DNA of 64,000 bases from Octopus sinensis. Lineage: Eukaryota. The stretch is taken from positions 18,476,001 to 18,540,000 of the forward strand of contig NC_042999.1 of assembly GCF_006345805.1 (NCBI RefSeq). The letters run 5' to 3'. Shown here in pieces: positions 52,961 through 64,000 of this stretch; within the stretch, counting starts at the first letter, position 1, and every line of letters starts with the position of its first letter. A model generated the notes under the pieces. That model ran no database searches, was not told the DNA's origin, and saw nothing but the letters and a program-made list of their open reading frames with translations. The position numbers and the translations under genes are program-made.

Positions 52961-53439
52961 TTAAATGATATTGATACTAACTACGCTACCACTGTTACTA
53001 ACACCACCATCACCACACCATATACTACCAACACCACCAGCAGTTGATTAACTGAAAAATTCTGTCATCAGTATCACCTTCCTTACTTTCATTATAAACA
53101 ATACAAATCACATATGTATTATGTGTGAACATGTTCCTGCATTTTACACTGCTCTACGTCGACAACAACAGATGCCTCATTCCACATATTCTCTTCCGAT
53201 CAATGAATTATAAATCATACTGCACGTCGATCAGAATGCCTTTAAGTCCTTTTTCAACACAAACCGTAAGCACACTAGCTTTGATAATTCGAAATGATTT
53301 TGGCTGTAACAAAATCAGTAAAACAGTAATAAATGTCTTCCTTTCTTTCTTTTCGAAATTTGAAAAAAAAACACACATTCGGAGAAAAAGGCATTCGCTC
53401 TTGAAACATCTTTCTCTTACTATGATTTCATGATGGCTA

Positions 53440-54480
53440 AATAGTGCGGGAGAGCTCTAATTCTCGTTGTTCGGGTGAATGGTCACCTGTCGGAGCCATT
53501 CAACATCTTGCTTTTGGTCCGTCAAGGGTGCCCTCTCTCCTCCCTTCTGTATGTACTGACTCTAGAGCCACTACTGCGTGATCTAGGATGTGGGAAAAGT
53601 GTGTCTGCTGACGCGGATGATGTCACCGTCATAGTGTCGAGCTACAGGCATATAACAACCTATAAGAATATGAAGCAGTGACAGGAGCAAAAATTAACGC
53701 GGAATAGTCAGTCGGCTTCTAACTCGGCGTCTGGAGAGGCAGCTCCGTGCCGCCCAACAGTGTATTGGGGTGCTAGACAGACGGCCCGGTTAAGTTGTTC
53801 GGAGTCTGGTTTGGTCCAGACCTCCAATGGAAGAAAAACTGGGACAAAGTGACGAGCGGGTTAGCCAATCTGACTCAGAAATGAGCCGAGTGAAAGCTGT
53901 TCCCGAAAGGTCGAGCGGAGGTGGAGAATGCGTCCATCGCATCCATCATCTATTACCGCTTGACCGTCGCCCATTGCCCAGTGTGCTGAATGGAGGGCTG
54001 GCATGGCTTAGCTACTGATGCGCAAACACGCACTGAGGTTTTGGCGTCTCCAGCGTTTCTTTCACGGTGAGCAGGTGTGGTCACACTTTGTCAGGCACAC
54101 TTTTCTACAAGTCGCCTCTTTGACTGAACTACAAACCCGGATTAGACGAGACTGAGGAGTGGAGCTCGGCACCTCAAGTGCTGTCAAATGCTCACAGAGG
54201 AAGGAAAGCACGACGACGTCCTCGGGGAAACTCTGGGCGTCGATGAAGATCAACCAACCGATCTGTTTCGGAAAACTTTCGGGTCTGGGCCTATGGATAA
54301 CTTCCAGAATTTCCTTGCCTGGCAGTGCTACCGAGGGGCGCTGCCTGTTCGAGATAAACATTACAGGCGCGAAGGTGCTGTCACCGGACCTAGTCCAGTA
54401 CCTGAGTATTGCTGAACTGTGGGTTTATGTCGAGCACCTGCTGTTGCTTTCCCCAGTTTCATTCTTTTTTTTTTTGGTTT
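53440..54480 (+). mobile_element. Decayed Tx1/L1-clade LINE, RT and C-terminal fragments
   Basis: VNGHLSEPFNI..VRQGCPLSSLLYVLTLEPLL, SADADDVTVIV, TGAKIN, PVKLFGVWFG and LAWQCYRGALPV are diagnostic L1/Tx1 RT and zf-RVT-like motifs. T-rich 3' end. Confidence 0.85.
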
Positions 54481-54714
54481 AGATTATTTCTTGGTTAAAA
54501 TTGCCTTTCTGACTTTCAGTGATTTTCTGTTTTTACAGTGTTCTATAAATCTGGAAACAATGTGGTATTCAGTGACACCAAAATTTTGTTTTCCGCACAT
54601 TCCCCATCAGACCATTATTTTTCTTGTCTTTTGCTACGTCAAAATCGTATTCAGACCATGTTATTTCAATGTTGCAGTAATACTAAAAAAAAAAAAAAAG
54701 GAAGTAAAAGAACT

Positions 54715-54990
54715 TACATTATTTACATTCGACGGATATTTGTCCTCATCGTGTTTGTTGTTAACACAACGTTTCGGCTGATATACCTTCCAGCCCTCTT
54801 CGGGTGTCTTGGGGGTAATTTCGAAGCTGGGTTCTCATTCTTAAAGTATTTTTGATATTATTATTATTATTATTTTTGTTCAGGTCACTGCTTGGAATCG
54901 AACTTGAAATTTTGGGGTTAGTAGCCCGCGCTCTTAACCACTACGCCACATGCCCGTATGGACAAATATCCGTCGAATGTAAATAATGTA
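54715..54990 (-). mobile_element. tRNA-headed SINE-like element with internal hammerhead and 31-bp terminal inverted repeat
   Basis: A box rc 54938-54948 (TGGCGTAGTGG), B box rc 54894-54903 (GTTCGATTCC), hammerhead 54763-54808, perfect inverted repeat 54715-54745 / 54960-54990. Confidence 0.75.
54763..54808 (-). ncRNA. Minimal type I hammerhead ribozyme motif (U4C)
   Basis: Minus strand reads gacac-CCGAAGA-g-ggctg-gaaggtatat-cagcc-GAAAC-GTT-gtgtt. Helix I gacac/gtgtt, helix II ggctg/cagcc, palindromic helix III ACGU. Confidence 0.7.
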
Positions 54991-55751
54991 CATAATTCCT
55001 CATCTCTTAAGGATGTATTAACATCATCATTGTCCAACGTTTCTTCGGTGCTGAAGTGTTATGGCACACGAGCAGAGACTCTGTGTTTTTTCTTTTTTTG
55101 TCTTAGTTTATTTCATTGTCTAATTCTTTAATTATTTTAAAGGTTAAAATGTATTTGAAATTATATAAATGTCTGCAACCATTTGAATATAATACAAATT
55201 CAGTGATGTTATAAAAAGATGTAACTGGGTAAACGATTGTATAGGTTTAAATATTTAGCGACTCATATTACTCTGCGGCTGCTAAAAAAAAAGGGTTGGA
55301 GGTTAAATATTTCGCTGCCGTTCTTGAAATATAAGAAAGAAAATCGATAAATTTTTGAAAGAAGCTACAGAAAAAGAGAAAGTTGGAAGATAACGGGAAA
55401 ATATATATAAAATAAGAAGTTACAGTCTAAAGTAAGATGGATACACGTGAATACTTAATTCTGAGAAACGTAAAGATAATCATAAATTTAAATATTTATA
55501 TAAAATGTCCACTCTCAAGCGGTGAAATGTTGGTTCATAACAGCAATAAACTATTTAAATTTAAATACATATTTGTATAGGGGTAAAGTGTTCAGTGTAT
55601 ATATAATTACCAAACTATATAAAGAGAGAGCGGTGTGATTATATTGTGTTTTATTATAAGTAGTACTTAAAATACCTTTAAGTTTTAATGGGAGATCAAA
55701 GGAGGTAGATGCAGGAATTTGATGTATATGAAAATACTACTTACTTACTTA

Positions 55752-56250
55752 CTTGTGGCGAGATTCACCCTGGGCGGGTTGAGTCGACTTCTTCCACCAC
55801 CCTCGAGGCATCTCGAACCATGGCAGTGGAAGAAGTTTCGAGGGAATATGAATTTCACAAGCGGTCCCCAACAATCCCGCATGTAGAGACATCCTGTTTG
55901 CCACAGATTGTCCGCCGATGCAGGGACAGAACAACCGAGGAGCCGCCGGTTGCCGAAACAGAAACTCCGAGGATTTTAATCAAAGCCCTGTCTGCCGGGT
56001 TGTGGCCCTAATACCACTTTTTGTCCCCAAAGTCCATCCCCTCCTCACTGTGGTGGGGACGCTTGCAACGGGTAGCGTCAGAACTGTGCCGTCAGGAACT
56101 TCGGTTCCTGTTAGGGCCACCCAAGGCGGATTGGTCTGACACCATGTGGTATTAGTATATGAAAATGATTTGTAACAAAGGTAAAACGTAAGATATAAAA
56201 GTGGAAGAAGAAAAATGTTGTATGTGTAACCTGTACGTAAATAAATATAC
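55752..56250 (-). mobile_element. GC-rich retroelement-like fragment with possible LTR-end/PBS junction
   Basis: Minus strand ..ACCACA|TGGTGTCAGA resembles an LTR 3' end followed by a tRNA-Leu-type PBS. No gag/pol motif was recognised. Confidence 0.3.
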
Positions 56251-56759
56251 AATAAAAAAGAAAACAAATTATATGTAAAATAAAAACTAACTAAAAATAG
56301 TAAATAATTAGAATTTGCAAATATACATATTCATTAAACTGTAGAAGTGATGGTTGAATAAAATTTCTACTACAATTAATTCTGCTGCTTCTGAAATCAG
56401 ACCAGGAATATAGGAATATACGCACATAAATTAAGAGAATTCATAGTTCTAAACCAATGATTTGAAATGTAACTACGATTTATACGATTTACATAATTGA
56501 AATATTCTACATGATTAAAATATCTACCTAATTAAAATAGACATTTCCCTTTTCATTTTGTAGTTAGTAATGTGAGAGGGAAAGTCAAGTAATTTACCTC
56601 AGTATTTATAGTATTTACATGGAATAGATTCAAATGTAAATAAAATCTTACCAGCCTCTGTCGTGTATTGTAAAAAACTTAAGAAGCAAATAGCACATAC
56701 TCTTCTATGGATACAAGTCTGCATATCTATATTTAACATGCGTATCTCCCTTACGTGAA

Positions 56760-57078
56760 GGCGCATGGTCCAGTGGTTAGAGCGTCGTGAGATTGTGAGT
56801 TCGAATACCGGACCGGGCTGCGTGTTGTGTTCTTGAGCAAGACACTTTATTTCACGTTGCTCCAGTTCACTCAGCTGTAGAAATGAGTTGCAGTGTCCCT
56901 GGTGCCAAGCTGTATCAGTCTTTGCCTTTCCTTTGGATAACACTGGTGGCGTGGAGAGGGGAAGCCGATATGCATGGGCGACTGCAGGTATTCCATAAAC
57001 AAACTTGCCTGGACTTGTGCCTGGGAGGGTAACTTTCTAGGTGCAATCCGATGGTCAGTTGTGACCCAAGGGGGTCTC
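56760..57078 (+). mobile_element. tRNA-derived SINE (family C, CORE-like segment)
   Basis: GGCGCATGGTCCAGTGGTTAGAGC..GAGTTCGAATACC..TTGTGTTCTTGAGCAAGACACTT. A decayed relative lies at about 47578-47720. Confidence 0.75.
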
Positions 57079-57284
57079 AGCATCTCCCTTATGATTTCTG
57101 TAACGTATGCATTATGCGCAATTCCGCATCATTTCCAAAATTACTACCGGCCTTATGTATAGATAGATATCGTCAGCCTTCTCATTTAGTAGAGTCTTAT
57201 AACTTCTACGCTTGAGACTTCAGAGCTTTTGTCCCCTTGGAGCTCCCGCTGAGGAAAAATTGTGCATGGTTATATCTTTTATCT

Positions 57285-57664
57285 TTTACTTTTTCCATCA
57301 TTACAATGCGGCCATGCTGGGGCACTACCTTGAAGAAGTTTTAGAGGAAAGAATCGACCACAGGACTGTTTTTATGCTTCGTACTAATTCCATTTTCATC
57401 TCTCGTCCAGCTGCTAGATTACGGGGACGTAAACGTACCAACATGTCATGCGGTGGTGAGTGACAAACACTGACTCTAAAATACGCATACATAGATACAT
57501 ATATACATATATATGACGAATTTCTATCACATCCTCTCAGAAGGTTTTGGTCAGCTCGAAGCTATAGTAGAAGACATTTACCCAAAGTGTCATGCATTGG
57601 AACCGAACCTGGAACAATGTGCTTGGATAGGAAGCTACACGCGCCACACAGCTACCCTGCGCCT
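57285..57664 (-). mobile_element. Degenerate SINE family B
   Basis: GCGGCCATGCTGG..GCTATAGTAGAAGACATT..CCACACAGCTACCCTGCGCC. Confidence 0.75.
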
Positions 57665-59419
57665 ATATATATGTAGAACGCTACTGTATTATGTAATTTG
57701 TTGTATAATACTAGAATTGGACATATAATTTTGATAATATGTAAGAAACTGGAGACAAAGTGTAAATATTCATTAAACAAAATATTTTTTCCTGTATGAA
57801 ACAACAGAGCTTGCTTTCCATTTGATTATAAGGTACATATTTTTTAGTATAATAATACATTACATCATTTTGATATTGAATAATGTTCTTCCGTAACCGA
57901 TACACTTTTTATCCTGAGGAAATTATCTCTATTTTAGTGATGGATGCCTTGCCAGAACACCTAACATATTTAGTTATTCTTCAGTAACCGAGGAAAGAAA
58001 TACATCGATGTTTTCGTTTTGAAGCCCCTTTGCACTTTGGAAGATTTAATTATCGATACATACCACATTATTAGTGTTTTTCCCTTTGTGATTTTTTTAT
58101 CTTTTTTGCATTCTTATACAGGATGACATCCTGAATCAATGGCGGCATTTGAACTATATTTGACAGCCTAGATATTTTGTGTCTGCTTGTATTGTTTTCT
58201 GATATTTTAGCATTTTCAAATCAATTTTTTTGTAACTCTTCCATTCAGATCGTTCCTACGGTCATCTGAGTTTATTCGCAATTGAATTTCTACCAACATA
58301 TAGTTTGTTTTTTTTTAAGAATTTTCCCTTATCAAACATACATACGAGAATGTAAAACACGCAGGTGACTATATTGACAACAATATACACTTGGGTGCAA
58401 AAAGTATTCTAAATACAAATATGATAATAATAGTTTCATAGAAGTCGTTATGGCACTTTAATTTTATAACCTATGACTCTTTCATACTTAGAGTTAACAA
58501 CGTCAACAAAGTCGCAGAAATAGATAAACTGTTAAATATTTATCAGTAGTTCACAATATTTGATTGTACCACAGTTTTGTTATTAAGTTTGGTATTCTAA
58601 TAGTTTATAACTGGAATTTAGTAATTACGTTACGTTTCGTATGACATTCAACAATGATATATTTGATGTTCTATTACAACCGCCAACTAGAGAATAAACG
58701 TGGACAAGAATGGGACATCCGTAAGCTATGTTTATGCTTGGCTGGGGCTACAGGATGTGTTTGTTTGTTTCTTTTTTTCTTTTTGTAAAAATGTAAACGT
58801 GCAATAGACTAAACGAAATGTAATTTGTTCCATCGCTGGTGGCGAATTTGTTGGAGTACAGTAGAAAAAAAACTTATTGTGATTTAGAGATTGCTACGAG
58901 TTAATGCGTGAGGTTTTATTAATCAATTGGATAGTTCTAAAGTCTATCATTCAGCAATGACAGAGATGAAAATATAAGTAATATTCTGATGTGGACCATA
59001 CTTGGCTTTTGTACAGTGTCATTAAATTAACGAGGTACCTTCTTGGAATCCATACTCAAAAGCGTTTTGGTAATATTATACAAAGAGCTCACCATAAATA
59101 ATCACTAAAGAGAAGACAGCGAACCCGAACATGTGTTACAGCAACTAGCCCTTTAGATGTAACAGTATGCTTTTCATGGAAAGAAGTTTTGCCCTCTATT
59201 TATAATGCATAATGAATATGTCAATTAATATTGCATCTCTTCAGTTCAATGAAGCAAGGCGCCATGTTGTCATGCAAGGAGTTCTGCTGTTGAAAATTGA
59301 GTGCTTAGTTTCACATGCGTCTTCGTCTTCCTGGAGATGATTAATGAGCGAAATACTGACATTTTTCAAATTTCGTTTCATTGTTCTTCGTTACAGCATA
59401 TTATGTTCGTACTTATTCT

Positions 59420-59617
59420 TTTTACTGTTTCCTCTTTTACTTGTTTCAGTCGTTTGACTGCTGCCATGCTGGAGCACCGCCTTTTGTCTAGCAAATCGAT
59501 CCCAGGACTTATTCTTTATAAGCCTAGTACTTATTCTATCGGTCTCGTGAACACATCACCATCGGCTATCATGCGATGTTGGGGGACAAACACAGATTCA
59601 CAAACATATACACAAGC

Positions 59618-59651
<34 letters not shown>

Positions 59652-59818
59652 ATACGACAGGCTTCTTTCAGTTTCCATCTACAAAATCCACTCACAAGGC
59701 TTTGGTACGCCCTAGGCTATAGTAGAAGACACTTGCCCAAGGTTCCACACAGTGAGACTGAACCGGGAAACATGTGGTTCGTAAGCAAGCTACTTACCAC
59801 ACAGCCACTCTTGCGCCT
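59420..59818 (-). mobile_element. SINE family B
   Basis: Near full-length reverse-complement copy. Confidence 0.88.
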
Positions 59819-60572
59819 ACACATGTTTATATATATTGGATTTAATTTCAGTATTTTGCTGAATATTACATAGATGATTATAGTCAGATTTAGTTTTTGA
59901 AGCACACAGTATATCAACAACGTTTGAGAAAACGTAACAAAGTATTATTTTGATACTTTTGCATGGTAGGTGCAAATTTTAACACTAAATTATCTACGGA
60001 TTGTGAATTGGAGAATATGCTTTCATTTCCATTTATCTGAAACTCCATTACTGGAATAATCTAGAGAGCTAAAATAAACACCTTACATAATGTTACGTAA
60101 AAGCGTGCCGGATGCAATACCCATGATAGCATATCCGCTACTTACTGTAGGTTATAACATAAAATTTAATACCTACATTCTGTACATTTTGCCATATAAA
60201 ACTAACGATTTCACAATGTGAAATATGCTAAATTTCAGCTATTTCCATCGTTATCTAAAAAGAAAACATTTTGATGACGATAATATATGCATTTACCTGA
60301 AAAATTGTCTTTTCACAAAATAGTAAATAATATAAATCTACATGTTATATTTGGATTTTATTTTCGAATGTTAGGTATATATCCTTCCAGCTTAAATTTT
60401 TCCACACCAAACAAAGAGTGAAGCTTTATGTGTTTGCACGCGCTACAGGAAATATCAGCCAGCCGTGACAAAAGTCACACCTACTAAAATGTTTTGGACA
60501 CCTACAAGTGAATAAGATATATATATATGTGTGTCAATCAAAATGTCGATACGTATATACATACATACATAC

Positions 60573-60616
<44 letters not shown>

Positions 60617-60768
60617 TCTGTTGAGTCTGAGGAGAGTCATTTTCTTTTTGTGCCTTATAATGTAACACACCCACCGGTAAAATTTCCACTTATTTCTTAT
60701 TTTTATTTTCCTAAAATTTTCGTTCGTCTTTCAACCTTTCCAAAAACAAAATATATATGTATATATTT

Positions 60769-60799
<31 letters not shown>

Positions 60800-62092
60800 C
60801 CGCTCAGTCGAAGTCGACTCTCGACTTCGACAACGGGAAAAACACAACAAACAGAAACCAACTAGACACGACATGCGAAAAATGGACTATGGCACGACAA
60901 ACGGCAAACAGGACAAAAACAGGACACACTAATCATGCGCAGTCGATTACCTCATCACGCGGAGTCCGGCATGTCCTTGTAGTTTTAATACGTTGTACTT
61001 TCTCCAAAATGAAATAATTAGCAGGTAAACACATTTCGTTCCTGTTTCGTTTAATAGGGACATGAGGAGAGTGTTGACAATACTTACTTGTAGTTTTCGT
61101 CTAAAATGTCAGTCTGAATTTAGAGAGAATAATTCTGTATATGAAATCGCCGTGATCACCGTGACCGACTAGGCTATCAGATGATGCTAAACATCACTGG
61201 TGACAATGCGTTACTCATTGTTTTAGCCTTCAAATGACGCTACCCCGCTGGCTAAGCGAGCAGGCCAGTATATGAAATAGTATGTGCTAAATACAATTGC
61301 AATTATATAGTTTCAATTCATAAACTATCAACAAACGAGGAATTTATACGCAATCAACAAATGAGCAATTGTGTAGTAAATATGCAAAGGAAGCGATATC
61401 ATAGATCCCTTAAAACAAATGCTGTTCCCGAACAAAAGTTAGTATTTAAATATCTTTTCTTTCAGTCAACAAACAAAAATTACGGACACACACAAATGCA
61501 CACACTTTCGCATATGTGTGTGTGTAAAATATTACGCGAAGAACGTGGGAGATTTTCGGTACGTTAATAATTAAAAAAATACATAAAGATATCTGCGATT
61601 GTTCTACACGTACTCATTTTCTTTACTTTCAACAATGATTGTGAAGTCCATTTCCAAGCATAATGCACATCATTAAATGCTGTGGATTATTACTAGAAGC
61701 ATTTTGCATTAGCATTTTCTAGCTCGCGTTAAGACTATTAACTGTATTACGATTAAGCAATATTCATCATTCCTTGAAGTCATAAGTCTATGTTAATGTA
61801 AGCTCATCGCATCGGAAGATAAAGATCCCTTCAGACAGAAATTTTCTTTTTTAAAATAGTGTGTATAATGTAACTGACATGGTTGCAAATGTGCCTATAG
61901 CACTCCTCGGTTATATAGGAAGCAGAAAAAGGCATACATTTATAAATATGCGCAAATACATAAATATATGCGTAAAAACATGTATTTATAAATATATGCA
62001 CACATATACTTACTTGCACACATACATACATACAGACATATATATATATATACATATATAATATACATATACATACATAGATACTTGCAGAC

Positions 62093-62192
<100 letters not shown>

Positions 62193-62307
62193 ACATAGCC
62201 ACAAACGTACCTATATAATTATATGCCTCGATCGATATATATATATATATATATATTTATATGTATGTATATATGTATCTATATATATATGTATGTGTGT
62301 GTGTATG

Positions 62308-62339
<32 letters not shown>

Positions 62340-62545
62340 TCAATATGTGACCGTGTGTGTATTGTTGTCGATTTTTTTCTCCATCTTCCCTTCTTGGATC
62401 TTTCCTTTTTCTATGTTTCTGACGAAGAGCTCCGCACGAAACGTTAAATCCTCCTTCTTTCTTTCCTTTTCTGACCGTCCGATAACTCTATACTTGTTCC
62501 ACGTCCTCGCGTTGTTGTGTTTTCTCTTTGTATTTTGATGTTTGG
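62340..62545 (+). mobile_element. Penelope-like pLTR-derived repeat
   Basis: Homolog of 41630-41812; flanked by (TA)n. Confidence 0.6.
62415..62449 (+). ncRNA. Minimal type I hammerhead ribozyme motif (canonical core)
   Basis: gttt-CTGACGA-a-gagc-tcc-gcac-GAAAC-GTT-aaat. Core is intact; one mismatch in helix II. Confidence 0.65.
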
Positions 62546-62547
62546 AT

Positions 62548-62593
<46 letters not shown>

Positions 62594-63426
62594 TATACAG
62601 AGACACACACATACTTTTGTATATATGTAGAGTGATATAAACACACAGAAAGACACAAAAGAATAGATAGGTAGATAGATAGACAGACAAACAGAAAATG
62701 TGTATATAGCAATAACGAATAAAAGCAGATGCTGCATTTTGAACGATATCATAAATATCACGTTTATAATTTACACATTCATACTGCAAAGTAAATACGT
62801 GGCACCTAGTTCAATATTCCACAGGAAATAGTATCTGATGATACCTTTTGCTTTTTTCGTTCAAGCAGGTGAAAACTGAATTAGCTCAGGGATTAAAGAA
62901 ACATCGAATCTGAGAATATTTCGAAAAGGTTTATCATTTCTGACTGCACACTGTATATCGTTCAAAAATATTCATGTGTATGTAGATTTAGAGAAACTCG
63001 CTTTACAATCAGATATTTAGACAGACAGAGATACAGTTACAGTAATTTATTTACATACGTTTGTTCACTAGTGTCTAGGTATACATTGATAAGTTCACTG
63101 AACCAAAATACCTACTAATCAAGAGATTTACTTTATCTGTGAGAGATAGGTCGTCGCATCGTTGCATATGTGTAACTTAGTGAGTAAGTATTTATTATTA
63201 CTGTTATATCGCAATACTACACAGTGGCTGTGTGAGCTTCGAAATCCTCGTCGCCACTGTTATATCGCACGTTCGGATGCCTTCTACTACTCAACTTACT
63301 CTACTCTCACCGCTACCCTCTATATCTACGTATTGGGCTAGTCTACTTCATAGTCTGGAGACGTCCGCACAACAGCTACAAAAGCATATACTCACCTATA
63401 ATTGAAACATATAGTATTCCAAAATA

Positions 63427-63920
63427 AGGCGGCTAGGTGGCAGAACCGTTAGCACGCCGGGCGAAATGCGTAGCCGTATTTCGTCTACCGTTACGTTCTG
63501 AGTTCAAATTCCGCCGAGGTCAACTTTGCCTTTCATCCTTTCCGGGTCGATAAATTAAATACTAGTTACGCACCGGGGTCAATATATTCAACTTTATTCG
63601 TTTGTCTGTCCTTGTTAGTCCCCTCTGTGTTTAGCCCCTTGTGGGTAATAAAGAAATATATATAATTGAAGCATATAGTACTTCAAAACAAGGCGGCGAG
63701 CTGGCAGAACCGTTAGCACGCCGGGCGAAATGCGTAGCCGTATTTCGTCTGCCGTCACGTTATGAGTTCAAATTCTGCCGAGGTTGACTTTGCCTTTCAT
63801 CCTTTCGGGGCCGATAAATTAAGTACCAGTTACGCACTGGGGTCAATGTGATCGACCTAATCCGTTTGTCTGTCCTTGTTTGTTCCCTCTGTGTTTAGCC
63901 CCTAGTGGGTAATAAAGAAG
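63427..63920 (+). mobile_element. Two tandem full SINE family A copies
   Basis: Heads at 63428 and 63692, separated and flanked by the same ~20-30-bp spacer. Confidence 0.9.
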
Positions 63921-64000
63921 CATATAGTATTTCAAAATTTATCAGCCAAACGTTTCTGCTAGTACTGAATGGCTACAAGAATTTTCTAACAGTGTTCGCG

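Noticed and set aside
58121-58165. Strong polypyrimidine acceptor followed by DDILNQWRHLNYI-stop
   Set aside because: Could be a terminal exon, but no upstream exon or homology supports it.

Overview
AT-rich, repeat-dominated animal DNA. The tRNA-derived SINE families and extreme (TA)n/(TG)n/(GATA)n load are typical of a coleoid cephalopod, most likely Octopus (inference). No host protein-coding gene can be identified with confidence. Most listed ORFs are translated microsatellites or retroelement fragments, and only a few isolated splice-site-bounded candidate exons were seen. The window holds about 35 SINE copies from at least four families and five LINE fragments from three clades (three RTE, one 2.2-kb CR1 with an extra 3' stub, one Tx1/L1). 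It also holds Tc1/mariner- and Tigger-derived DNA elements, a Helitron, a Helentron-like element and a 5'-truncated tRNA-Glu. The most striking unannotated layer is a set of minimal type-I hammerhead ribozyme motifs of the kind carried by Penelope-like elements (8436-8479, 32575-32665 on both strands, 41721-41755, 54763-54808, 62415-62449). Several of them sit in fold-back inverted repeats. One belongs to a compact element combining a Pol III tRNA head, a hammerhead and an inverted copy of its own 3' tail (54715-54990). All assignments come from reading the sequence by eye; no searches or folding were run.
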